A DNA stretch of 62,622 nucleotides, from the IMG/VR virus record IMGVR_UViG_3300043395_001957, positions 1 through 62,622 of that record, one strand, 5' to 3'. Under the pieces are notes generated by a model. That model searched no databases. It saw nothing but the letters and a program-made list of their open reading frames with translations, and had not been told where the DNA came from. The position numbers were made by a program, and so were the translations under genes. Positions 28,302-36,457 of this stretch are shown piece after piece; the first letter of the stretch is position 1, and every line of letters begins with the position of its first letter. This DNA is from a virus. Lineage: Duplodnaviria; Caudoviricetes.

Positions 28302-28511
28302 TTACTTAGCTTTTTTAAAATTTTGTTTTAATTCTGTAAGTTTTTTGATTAGATAATCAGTATCATCGGCATCTAAATCAATGTATTCTGATGAATAATA
28401 ATTAGAAGGGTCTTCACTATCTGAAATATACAATCTAATTGTGCTTTTTTCTGTAAACCAAACTTCTAATTGTGCAGTTGTGTTGTTGTCTACTAATGTT
28501 TCTTTTATCAT
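28302..28511 (-). CDS. Early hypothetical protein
   Basis: ATG start MIKETLVD just downstream of the TATATTTG promoter element. Confidence 0.55.
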   Translation of the reverse strand: MIKETLVDNNTTAQLEVWFTEKSTIRLYISDSEDPSNYYSSEYIDLDADDTDYLIKKLTELKQNFKKAK

Positions 28512-28531
28512 AGCATTTATTTTTATTACTA

Positions 28532-28562
28532 CAAATATAGTAATAATAATTGATATTTCCAA
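28532..28562 (-). promoter_or_regulatory. Bacteroidota housekeeping-type promoter
   Basis: TATATTTG (-7) at 28532-28539 with TTG ~20 nt upstream. Confidence 0.55.
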
Positions 28563-28639
28563 TAAATTGTATGATTATTTAGTATTGCAGTAATTGCAAT
28601 TATGCTGTCTGCTTATGCTATATGCTTTCTCTGTGTCGT

Positions 28640-28950
28640 CTTACTTCCAAAAGGATACACTACACCTCCTGACACTACGGATTAAAAAAAAAATAATCAA
28701 TAGTGAAACGAAGTGTAGTGTAGTGAATTACTTCCAATGAGGAGTAACACTCTGCTTATTCACACTATTCGCAGTATCCATAAGTTATTTACCTTCATAT
28801 GCACCCTATGGATAACACCTACCTATCTGATGAGTATCTCAACTCTGGCATAGATTTCCATTTATTCCTTATCAATGCTATTGGCGGAGGTGTAGTTCAA
28901 AGTTCCAATAGAAAATCAAAAGAGCTGTTGTATGATTAAGTTTAAAGTTT
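28640..28950 (-). ncRNA. Candidate structured non-coding RNA / origin element (unit A only)
   Basis: No long ORF; 11 bp enclosing stem 28659-28669/28886-28896; internal hairpins; downstream of two promoters. Confidence 0.45.
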
Positions 28951-28956
28951 AGATTA

Positions 28957-28988
28957 CAAATGTAATGATAAAAATTGAAAGTTCCAAA
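28957..28988 (-). promoter_or_regulatory. Bacteroidota promoter TTTG-N20-TACATTTG
   Basis: Consensus -33/-7 elements and spacing. Confidence 0.7.
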
Positions 28989-29037
28989 TAAATTGTAAAA
29001 AAAGTTTAGAGTTCAGAGTTTATATGGACATTTACAT

Positions 29038-29068
29038 TAAATATAAGAAAGATTTTTGAAAAAGCAAA
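29038..29068 (-). promoter_or_regulatory. Bacteroidota-type promoter TTTG-N19-TATATTTA
   Basis: Near-consensus; equivalent at 61525-61556 in unit B. Confidence 0.55.
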
Positions 29069-29083
29069 ATGCTTAAAAAAATA

Positions 29084-29115
29084 TTTGGAAAATGTAAAAC
29101 TTTTTCGTACATTTA
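29084..29115 (+). promoter_or_regulatory. Promoter of small RNA (TTTG-N20-TACATTTA)
   Basis: Near-consensus; equivalent at 61640-61671. Confidence 0.65.
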
Positions 29116-29117
29116 TG

Positions 29118-29238
29118 TTAAGTAAGGAGAAGGACTTAATTAATACTGATATTTACTACACTTTTTGCATCAGTGTCCTTCAACTTTCATATAAATAGCC
29201 CCCCTGCGGTTGGTGCCATCTCCGAGGGGGGCTTTCTT
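29118..29238 (+). ncRNA. Candidate small structured RNA, copy A
   Basis: P1 GAAGGAC/GTCCTTC, 9 nt bulge, P2 ACTGAT/ATCAGT, GC hairpin with GTGCCAT loop and T-tail; covaries with copy B. Confidence 0.65.
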
Positions 29239-29261
29239 ATGCCCAAAATACCCCATTTTCA

Positions 29262-29339
29262 TAACTCATTGATAATCAACACGTTATAAATTAAGCAAAA
29301 AGTTGCTGCGTAACTCATTGATAATCAACACGTTATAAA
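29262..29339. repeat. Two 29 bp direct repeats with internal dyad symmetry
   Basis: TAACTCATTGATAATCAACACGTTATAAA at 29262-29290 and 29311-29339. Confidence 0.85.
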
Positions 29340-29375
29340 AAACTTGCTCAATTTTGAAAAAAACTTGCTAAAATA

Positions 29376-29407
29376 TTTGGCTACTTGCTAACTTTTTCGT
29401 ATATTTG
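29376..29407 (+). promoter_or_regulatory. Bacteroidota promoter TTTG-N20-TATATTTG for the + strand operon
   Basis: Consensus elements; followed by leader hairpin TGTTAGG/CCTAACA. Confidence 0.75.
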
Positions 29408-29500
29408 TTCTGTTAGGTTGATAGAGTATCAGTTCCTAACACATAAACTTTAAACTTTAACAAACCTCCGGAATGGGAGAAAATCCAAACAAAAACAGTT

Positions 29501-29881
29501 ATGAGTACTTTATTACTTAACAAAAACGGAAACGAAGTCGTTAATCAAAAAGACATTGTGTTTCCATTATCAGTTCTTTTTTCTTCAAAAGAAGAAATGG
29601 AAAGTAATCAATCTTTAGTAGATGATATCCTTATTACTACATTTACTCACGTGTTACATTCTAAAATTAATAATCCTTCTTTATTAGAAGATTTAAAAGT
29701 AGGAGATTCGCTTTTCAATATCTTAATTGATAAGTGTGATGAATACTTTTCACTAAATTATTCAGAGAATTGGGCTGATATCACATACCCAATTATTTTA
29801 CAAACATTAATAGATAAAGAAGAATATGAAGAGTGTTCAGCTTTACAAAAATTGTATGACCAATATAAATCTATTAAATAA
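29501..29881 (+). CDS. Early hypothetical protein (C-terminal UVR-like EEYEEC motif)
   Basis: First gene after the promoter; A-rich leader. Confidence 0.6.
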   Translation: MSTLLLNKNGNEVVNQKDIVFPLSVLFSSKEEMESNQSLVDDILITTFTHVLHSKINNPSLLEDLKVGDSLFNILIDKCDEYFSLNYSENWADITYPIILQTLIDKEEYEECSALQKLYDQYKSIK

Positions 29882-29906
29882 TAATTAACTTTAAAATCAA
29901 AACAAA

Positions 29907-30164
29907 ATGGTACAAAACATCCCAACAACAACAGAATCTTTAATGATGTATCTCGCAGATAGTATCATTGATACACGTGGTAACATTGCCAGAATCAACA
30001 ACACCCTCAACCGTTTACAAAACGATTTACATTCAGCTCAAAGTAAAGAAGCCAGAATGGGGTGGTATGAACTTATAGATGATAATAGATTAGAATTAGA
30101 GAACTATGAGTTCCGATTAGATTGGTTACGAAGTCGATTAGATGAATTACACAATTTAGTATAA
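29907..30164 (+). CDS. Early coiled-coil hypothetical protein
   Basis: In operon; AACTTTAAAA leader. Confidence 0.6.
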   Translation: MVQNIPTTTESLMMYLADSIIDTRGNIARINNTLNRLQNDLHSAQSKEARMGWYELIDDNRLELENYEFRLDWLRSRLDELHNLV

Positions 30165-30182
30165 ACCTTAAACTTTAAAACA

Positions 30183-30383
30183 ATGGTACAAAAACACACA
30201 TCACAATTAATTGAGCAATTCAGATTTAATTTAAGAAAACGATTAGATACACTTTGGGAGTTAGAAGATATTCTAGCAGATAAGGAAGAAAATGATGATG
30301 TAATCACATTCAAACATATAGTCAAAGATGAAATACAAAGGATTCTCAATATTTGCAAACTAATAGAAAAAGGTAAGATATAA
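30183..30383 (+). CDS. Early hypothetical protein
   Basis: In operon; ends at a terminator. Confidence 0.55.
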   Translation: MVQKHTSQLIEQFRFNLRKRLDTLWELEDILADKEENDDVITFKHIVKDEIQRILNICKLIEKGKI

Positions 30384-30422
30384 AAAAGAAAGGGTAGCTG
30401 TTATGGCTACCCTTCTTTATTT
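30383..30422. terminator. Bidirectional intrinsic terminator
   Basis: AAGGGTAGC-TGTTATG-GCTACCCTT flanked by A and T tracts between convergent genes. Confidence 0.75.
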
Positions 30423-30442
30423 TCGGTTTGGCTATTCTCTGA

Positions 30443-30571
30443 TTAACGGCCTTGTCCTCTATACTTTTTTGGTCTTTGGTCCTTTGGACCGTAGGATTTT
30501 CTGGCCTTACCAGTTACCTTTTTACCAAACGATATCTTTTGTATGCTACTAGAGCCCTTTCCCTTTGCCAT
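30443..30571 (-). CDS. 42 aa highly basic protein (below ORF-track cutoff)
   Basis: MAKGKGSSSIQKISFGKKVTGKARKSYGPKDQRPKKYRGQGR; homolog 61851-61979. Confidence 0.75.
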   Translation of the reverse strand: MAKGKGSSSIQKISFGKKVTGKARKSYGPKDQRPKKYRGQGR

Positions 30572-30827
30572 CTGTTAGATATTGTACTTGTGTTTGTAAT
30601 TTAGCTACCTCTGCTGTAAGGTGTAATATAGTTGCACGCATTTCATCTTTCTCTTTACTACTCTGCTCTAATAGAGCTTCTAACTTCATTATACGAGTTT
30701 GACAATCGTGTCTGATGAATCTCTCATCATCCTCTCTATTTTGTGCACGCTTCTCATAGTATCTCCATGCAGCTGCACCACCTAAAGTTGTGATTGCAGT
30801 TATTAATACTGAATACAAATTTTCCAT
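30549..30827 (-). CDS. Membrane-anchored coiled-coil protein (holin-like candidate)
   Basis: N-terminal TM segment then heptads; near-identical to 61957-62235. Confidence 0.55.
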   Translation of the reverse strand: MENLYSVLITAITTLGGAAAWRYYEKRAQNREDDERFIRHDCQTRIMKLEALLEQSSKEKDEMRATILHLTAEVAKLQTQVQYLTDGKGKGL

Positions 30828-30883
30828 TTGGTAATTACAATTTTTTTCCTTATCTTTAACAAATAAAAAACCAAAAGTTAGTT

Positions 30884-31372
30884 ATGTTTTACATTTATCA
30901 CATACCAGGAGTTAAAATAGGTTGCTCTACACAACCAAAAACGAGAGTAAAGAGACAAGGATACGATTATTATGAATTATTAGAAACTCATAATGATATC
31001 AATATTGCTTCTCAAAGAGAATTAGAATTACAAAAAGAATATGGATATAAAATAGATTCAACTCCATATAAACAAAGTTATGAGTGGGTAACAAAAGGTA
31101 ACCCATCAATTGAACCAATGTTAGATGGTTATAGAAAATGGGTAAAAGAGAACCCAGAAAAAGTAAAAGAAAATGCTAGAAATGGTGGATTAAAGCAAGG
31201 TCCAATTCAAGGTAAAAAAAATGTTGAAAGTGGTCACATATCAGCATTAGGTAAAAAAAATTCAGAATTTAATAATCGCATTAGAACATGTCCTCATTGT
31301 AATATTGTAACTAGAGGTGTTGGTTATGAAAGATGGCATGGTGATAAATGCCGAAATAAATCTAATCCTTAA
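30884..31372 (+). CDS. Free-standing GIY-YIG-like homing endonuclease (insertion in unit A)
   Basis: FYIYHIPGVKIGCS..R; C-terminal CPHC..RWHGDKC; opposite strand; absent at the syntenic B site. Confidence 0.65.
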   Translation: MFYIYHIPGVKIGCSTQPKTRVKRQGYDYYELLETHNDINIASQRELELQKEYGYKIDSTPYKQSYEWVTKGNPSIEPMLDGYRKWVKENPEKVKENARNGGLKQGPIQGKKNVESGHISALGKKNSEFNNRIRTCPHCNIVTRGVGYERWHGDKCRNKSNP

Positions 31373-31694
31373 AATCAGGATGGTCTTCTTCCGGAATACA
31401 GTTTGGCACAGAAACTCCACCCATATCCTTCATACCCAATTGGCGGTATCCACTTTGGCACGGGTCTTCACCTTCTTCAGCTAATAAATTAATACCTTTG
31501 AATTTAGTATCATAAGCTACTCTAGCCATTACTTTAGCTGATGTATCTTTTATCTTACTCATATTTTCTTTTTCCCAATATGAGTAGCAAATAGCAGCTG
31601 AAACATCTTGTTCTTTACCTGATGCTATTTCTTCTCCTATACAACGGCTGATGAACTCTTGTTCAGTTTCGCCTGCTCTTACATTTACTGGCAT
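31362..31694 (-). CDS. Head-region accessory protein
   Basis: GETEQEFISRC..AAICYSYW and PC..GY.Q.GMK...VPNC modules; homolog 62240-62539. Confidence 0.7.
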   Translation of the reverse strand: MPVNVRAGETEQEFISRCIGEEIASGKEQDVSAAICYSYWEKENMSKIKDTSAKVMARVAYDTKFKGINLLAEEGEDPCQSGYRQLGMKDMGGVSVPNCIPEEDHPDFKD

Positions 31695-31786
31695 TAGTTA
31701 TCTACTTTATATGTTTTATTATTAAAACGAACTTTATATACTGTATTAAAGTCCAATGTTCTCCAATCTCCATCTAATCCAACAAC
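31661..31786. repeat. Internal copy of the terminal repeat (A/B junction)
   Basis: Identical to 1-126, then diverges by synonymous changes. Confidence 0.97.
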
Positions 31787-32026
31787 AGGAACATTATACA
31801 TGTCCATTGCTGCTTTTGTATCAGAACCGCCGGCAATACCATCACCAATCGGTCCATCTATCCAATACATATCATAATATCTTTTTCTACCTGTTTCAGT
31901 TATCCAACCTACTCTAACAGGGTTAGAAGGGGTTGCCTGATTCTTTAGGATATCTTCAAATTCAGAGAAACTAATTTCAGCTGATATAAAGTGTTGTAAT
32001 TTGCTATGTACGGAATTACTTGTCAT
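31694..32026 (-). CDS. Conserved hypothetical protein (homolog of 34-366)
   Basis: Near-identical protein. Confidence 0.7.
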   Translation of the reverse strand: MTSNSVHSKLQHFISAEISFSEFEDILKNQATPSNPVRVGWITETGRKRYYDMYWIDGPIGDGIAGGSDTKAAMDMYNVPVVGLDGDWRTLDFNTVYKVRFNNKTYKVDN

Positions 32027-33191
32027 CTTTTTTCTTTCTTTGTGTTGATGATTGACCTGGATAGCTTGATGATATAGATGGTTGTGCTTCTAATTCCTCT
32101 ATATGATATAAGGGTTTACTATCTGCTGTATGTTCTATACCTGTCATTAATCTACCATCAGGTCCTTTATGTGTAGGTCCTTCGTATAGTTTACCATCTT
32201 TTGTATAATGTGGTACACCTTCTTTTCCTTCTACTAACTCACCTAATTCTCTTAATTTATTTCTGCTCCATGCTAAACCTGCTTTTCCTCCCCAGAGTAA
32301 AAAACTGATTGTCCCGCATGCATTCATATCAGTTTCATCGTAGTATGCTTCTGCTCTACTTAAATAAGAATACATTCTCTTTATTGTTTCCAGGCTAATT
32401 GCTTCGCCTGCTTCTAATTGTGCGCTTCTAACTTTTCCAACCTGCGTAGCGCATTTATTACCATTTTTCTCATTTAACTCTCTACCTCTCTTTGCATTTC
32501 CACGAACTCCTGAGCCATAGTCTTGGAATGATTCCATCTCTATTCTCTGCTTCGCTTTATACCTCTTATCCTTCTTTATAAGCGCTTTAATTTGTCCGAG
32601 TAATACTTCTGCTTCAATTTCAGTTAACTCCTCTATATCCTTCTCTAAAGCAAGTTTAACATCACTCTTCTGGTGCTCAAAAAGTCCCTCTATCGAGAAA
32701 CCGTTAAATTCGCCAGATTTTACTCTCTCCCATACTTTAGGATTATCTTCTGCAGAATATACTGCAAACCAACTTCCTTTAGGTAAAGTAAAACCATATA
32801 GATTTGATTTATCTTTTGTAGGATGTTCTACTATCCAGCTCTCCACCATATGAACGCCTGATGTTTTATTACCATGCTCTAAAGTTACTTCAGAAAGTAA
32901 TTTATTCTTCATAAACTTTCTTGCAACCTTTTCAATTGTTTGTGGAGTAAAGAAAACATGGTATGGAGAACCATCCTCTTTTAATCTTAATATCTTTTTA
33001 TTAGGAATAAGCATTGGGCCTGCAATTAACATTTTTTCTTCATTAACTGCTGCAAATGTATATTCCTGATTGAAGTAAACGAAATCACGCTCAATAGCGC
33101 CTGCGGCTACTAATGAGTTTGCAAACACACCATCCTCTTCGTCAACTAAAACAAGCTCAAAAAGCTCTTCTATATTTTCGTTCTTTATCAT
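32016..33191 (-). CDS. XkdF-like putative prohead protease with extra His-rich module
   Basis: Homolog of 768-1805; inserted GVPHYTKDGKLYEGPTHK..LMTG.EH..S..LYH. Confidence 0.8.
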   Translation of the reverse strand: MIKNENIEELFELVLVDEEDGVFANSLVAAGAIERDFVYFNQEYTFAAVNEEKMLIAGPMLIPNKKILRLKEDGSPYHVFFTPQTIEKVARKFMKNKLLSEVTLEHGNKTSGVHMVESWIVEHPTKDKSNLYGFTLPKGSWFAVYSAEDNPKVWERVKSGEFNGFSIEGLFEHQKSDVKLALEKDIEELTEIEAEVLLGQIKALIKKDKRYKAKQRIEMESFQDYGSGVRGNAKRGRELNEKNGNKCATQVGKVRSAQLEAGEAISLETIKRMYSYLSRAEAYYDETDMNACGTISFLLWGGKAGLAWSRNKLRELGELVEGKEGVPHYTKDGKLYEGPTHKGPDGRLMTGIEHTADSKPLYHIEELEAQPSISSSYPGQSSTQRKKKDDK

Positions 33192-33217
33192 AATCTATTT
33201 AACAATTTAATTTAGGT

Positions 33218-35341
33218 TTATCCACCACTTAGCGTAGCAGCAACATTTGTACGGCGGTCTAAAGCCTGTTGTGAACTAACTTGTTGTGATACAACATAGG
33301 TTTGAATAGGCCTTTGTTGAGACATTGCTATACTTTGTGCGATTTGTGATGATGGATTTGCTCCTGTTGTTGTTTGTATTTGAGGTGTTGCCATTGCTGC
33401 AGGTGCTCCACCATACGATGGAGGTGGTGCAGATGGAGATGCAGCTGCGCCTGATGATGATGGATTATCAGTATTAGTAGAATTAATTTGTTGTATTGAT
33501 TTAACTGCTGATGCAACAGTTGATGCAATACTTAAACCTGCTGATATCGTGTTTATTGCGACCCATGGCATACCACCTGTTAATGGAGATGCCGCTACTG
33601 ATTTAGCATTTGCTATTGCAGTATTTGCAATAATCTGCCCAATTGCTGCTGCCTGTTGTATAATTACACCAGCGATTGCTATACCTTTTGATTTACCTGC
33701 AACTTGTTGTAATAGAGAACCGAATTGTGAGAACAATCCTAAATAAGCCATATTGATTTCGTGCTTAGCTGCTGCTGCCGCTTTTTCGGTTGCTATTTCA
33801 CCATCGGTAATTTTACGTCTTTCATCTGCAAATTTCTTACGGATTTCAGTACGCTGAAATTCTGTTAATTCAGTATTTTCTAATTCTATTCTTTCTTGCT
33901 CTGCAAGTATTTCTCTTTGTTGTTTGAATCTCTCTAAATCCTGCTCAAAATCAAAATCAACCAATTGATTTTGTCTATCTAAATCTTCTAAACGAGTTTC
34001 TAAACCTACAAGTAAGATACCTCTTTCTTCTTCTTGTCTTTTAAGAAGTTCTTCTTTCTTCTTATCATCAATTTCTTTTTGTTTATCGGCATCTTCTTTT
34101 GCAAACTTATCTTTCATTGAAGTAAGTTCAGCCTGTCTACCTGCTTCTAATAATGCAGTATCTTGATTGTATTTTGTAGCAGTTGCAACTAATGCTGAAT
34201 ACTTTTGGTTTATTTCATATTCAGTTCTTTCTCTTTCGGTTAAAGTTGCTTTAAATGCATCTTCTTCACCTTTACGAATCTCACCTAATTCACTCTCTCT
34301 TAATCTTCTTTGTTCTTCAATCTCTTTTTCTTTTTGCTCTCTTTTCTTATCAGCAGCTTGTTGATTCTTATCAGCTATTTCTTTATTTTTAGCTGCTTCT
34401 TCTTTAATCTCTTCTGCTCTAGCATTATAACCAGTTTCTTGATAAGTAGCATAAGCATCTTTTGTAGCCTGTTGTCTCTTGTCTAAATTATCTGATACTT
34501 TCTTAAATGCTTCTGCATCTAACTTACCTAAACTTTCATTATACAATTTTACAGCCTCTTGCTCTGCAGCAAATGCAGCTTGATAATCTGCGTATGATTG
34601 GTCAATATTATATTTACGGATTTCGGCTTCAGATTTACCTTGCGCTTTCATTTGAGCAATGGTAACCTTTCTTCTATTCTCTGCTGATTTTTGGTTTAAA
34701 TCTAATAAAGCCTGTTGTGATTCTAATGCGGCATTTGTTTTATCAATTGCTCTTTGTAATTCTTTTTCACCTGTTGCAGTTTTATATAACTCCGTAGCCA
34801 TTTCAGATAAAGCACTTACTGCTAAACCGATAGCAACAACGATAGCACCAACACCAGTAGCGGTTAATGCTGCTGCGAATGCTCTAGCACCAACTGCAGC
34901 CTGTCCTTCTGCTATACCAACTGCTGTAAATGATTTGGCTAAAAATCCATTTATAACTGAATATACTTTGGTTACACCCGTAAGTTCACCAATACCTTTA
35001 GCAATATCAGTAATATCATTACCCAATTCAACGAATGAGGCTTGGATATTATTTAATTTAAGACCTGAAAATTGTTTTAATGTTGCAATTGTACCACCAA
35101 CTTGTCCGCCGATAGCACCAATTGGACCAGGTAATTTACCTAATACATCAGCAAAGTTACCAGCACCTGCTCTAGCTCCTGCTAAAGAGTCCTGAATATC
35201 ATCAATCTGTCTTTGTAAGTTGATGAACTCCTGCGAACCAGCGGCAGTTTCTTTTAGCTGCTTTTTTAATTCTCTAAGCTGCGCTAACGATGGTTCAATA
35301 TTGGTTTGTATATCAACCTCTACATCAATTTTTTCTGCCAT
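33218..35341 (-). CDS. Tail tape measure protein
   Basis: 707 aa homolog of 1831-3951. Confidence 0.8.
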   Translation of the reverse strand: MAEKIDVEVDIQTNIEPSLAQLRELKKQLKETAAGSQEFINLQRQIDDIQDSLAGARAGAGNFADVLGKLPGPIGAIGGQVGGTIATLKQFSGLKLNNIQASFVELGNDITDIAKGIGELTGVTKVYSVINGFLAKSFTAVGIAEGQAAVGARAFAAALTATGVGAIVVAIGLAVSALSEMATELYKTATGEKELQRAIDKTNAALESQQALLDLNQKSAENRRKVTIAQMKAQGKSEAEIRKYNIDQSYADYQAAFAAEQEAVKLYNESLGKLDAEAFKKVSDNLDKRQQATKDAYATYQETGYNARAEEIKEEAAKNKEIADKNQQAADKKREQKEKEIEEQRRLRESELGEIRKGEEDAFKATLTERERTEYEINQKYSALVATATKYNQDTALLEAGRQAELTSMKDKFAKEDADKQKEIDDKKKEELLKRQEEERGILLVGLETRLEDLDRQNQLVDFDFEQDLERFKQQREILAEQERIELENTELTEFQRTEIRKKFADERRKITDGEIATEKAAAAAKHEINMAYLGLFSQFGSLLQQVAGKSKGIAIAGVIIQQAAAIGQIIANTAIANAKSVAASPLTGGMPWVAINTISAGLSIASTVASAVKSIQQINSTNTDNPSSSGAAASPSAPPPSYGGAPAAMATPQIQTTTGANPSSQIAQSIAMSQQRPIQTYVVSQQVSSQQALDRRTNVAATLSGG

Positions 35342-35534
35342 AGCTATGTTTTATTTTATCCCAAATACTTTTCCAAGTTACTACTTCTTTATTAGATTTT
35401 CTATGTCTTTTAATTTTAGTAAAAGCATCCTTCCAACTATTTGGTAGTTCGTTTTTTCCTTTGGCTATATCTATTGTTTCAGATACGCCATAATAATCGC
35501 TTAGGGACAGTAGTTCAATTACATTCTTTATCAT
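35325..35534 (-). CDS. Conserved small hypothetical protein
   Basis: Homolog of 3935-4144. Confidence 0.7.
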   Translation of the reverse strand: MIKNVIELLSLSDYYGVSETIDIAKGKNELPNSWKDAFTKIKRHRKSNKEVVTWKSIWDKIKHSYGRKN

Positions 35535-35584
35535 ATAGATTTAACAATTCGAATGTAATAAATAATTGATACTATGGTAATTTA

Positions 35585-36457
35585 TTAAAACAAGTGGATG
35601 TAATCCGAATGATTTCCCCAATATGGGTGTTCAGTAAATAAATTATCTTTTTTGTAGATAGAATAGTGTGATGTAAAGTGTGAGCCGTGATTGATATGAA
35701 TATTAGGATGTTCTGCATTCCACTCATTCATTTTTAATTGTGGTTCTAATAATCCACTATTAGTTACCAATGCATTTGGTAGAAGCGATTCAAAATGCTT
35801 TATAGCATCATCAAACAACATTGTTAATTGTGATGTAGGTTTATCGTTTTGTCCACGTGGCTGAAATCCATCTTTATTCATTCCTATATAATTCATATTA
35901 GCAAGAATACCCTCATCAAAATCAGGGTAATCAAAATATCCTTCAGCATAAACTAAATCATGCTCTAAAAAACTTACATATTTGTAATCACCACTTTGTC
36001 TTGCTGTATATAGTAATTGTAGTACTTGCAGTATTTGATTCAAATGTGATGATGTTTGTGTCCAAGCAATACACTCATAAAATGGATTGTGTGGTTCGTG
36101 TTTCCACATACACGTTAATATATCTGCTTTACCTTCTGCTGCTTTACGAATACTTTCTAACGATGCTCTAATAGCAGGATAGATTCTTTCGTTTATATTG
36201 TTTGAATAGAATATACCTAAACGATTTGTTTTAGGTTTAGGTATTGTAAGTAAAGAACCTTCTCTAACTTCTTCAGTTACTAATTCACCATCTATTTCTG
36301 CTTCAATTTTTAAATACTTAACAGTACCAACTTGCGGGTCTCCGCATATGTTATTATCGGCTCTAACTAATAAACGGCCGTTTACTACTTTATCACGTAT
36401 TTGTTGTGTGCAATCTCTATCACCATATACTGCTGATTTTATCTCCATAGATGCCAT
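35585..36457 (-). CDS. Putative lectin-like domain/glycosyltransferase fusion
   Basis: IKSAVYGDRDCT..ADNNICGDPQVGTVKYL; YVSFLEHD. Confidence 0.6.
   Translation of the reverse strand: MASMEIKSAVYGDRDCTQQIRDKVVNGRLLVRADNNICGDPQVGTVKYLKIEAEIDGELVTEEVREGSLLTIPKPKTNRLGIFYSNNINERIYPAIRASLESIRKAAEGKADILTCMWKHEPHNPFYECIAWTQTSSHLNQILQVLQLLYTARQSGDYKYVSFLEHDLVYAEGYFDYPDFDEGILANMNYIGMNKDGFQPRGQNDKPTSQLTMLFDDAIKHFESLLPNALVTNSGLLEPQLKMNEWNAEHPNIHINHGSHFTSHYSIYKKDNLFTEHPYWGNHSDYIHLF

Larger units (their letters stand above)
1..31660. mobile_element. Phage genome unit A (Bacteroidota-type siphovirus, ~31.7 kb)
   Basis: Complete packaging, head and tail gene set; bounded by the identical block at 1 and 31661. 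Confidence 0.9.

Noticed and set aside
28700-28840. Hammerhead ribozyme (GAAAC at ~28705 and CTGATGAG at ~28827)
   Set aside because: Stems II and III cannot be formed around the core motifs and there is no suitably placed NUH site
29262-29339. Mini CRISPR array
   Set aside because: Only two repeats with a 20 bp spacer, no cas genes or leader; better read as binding sites
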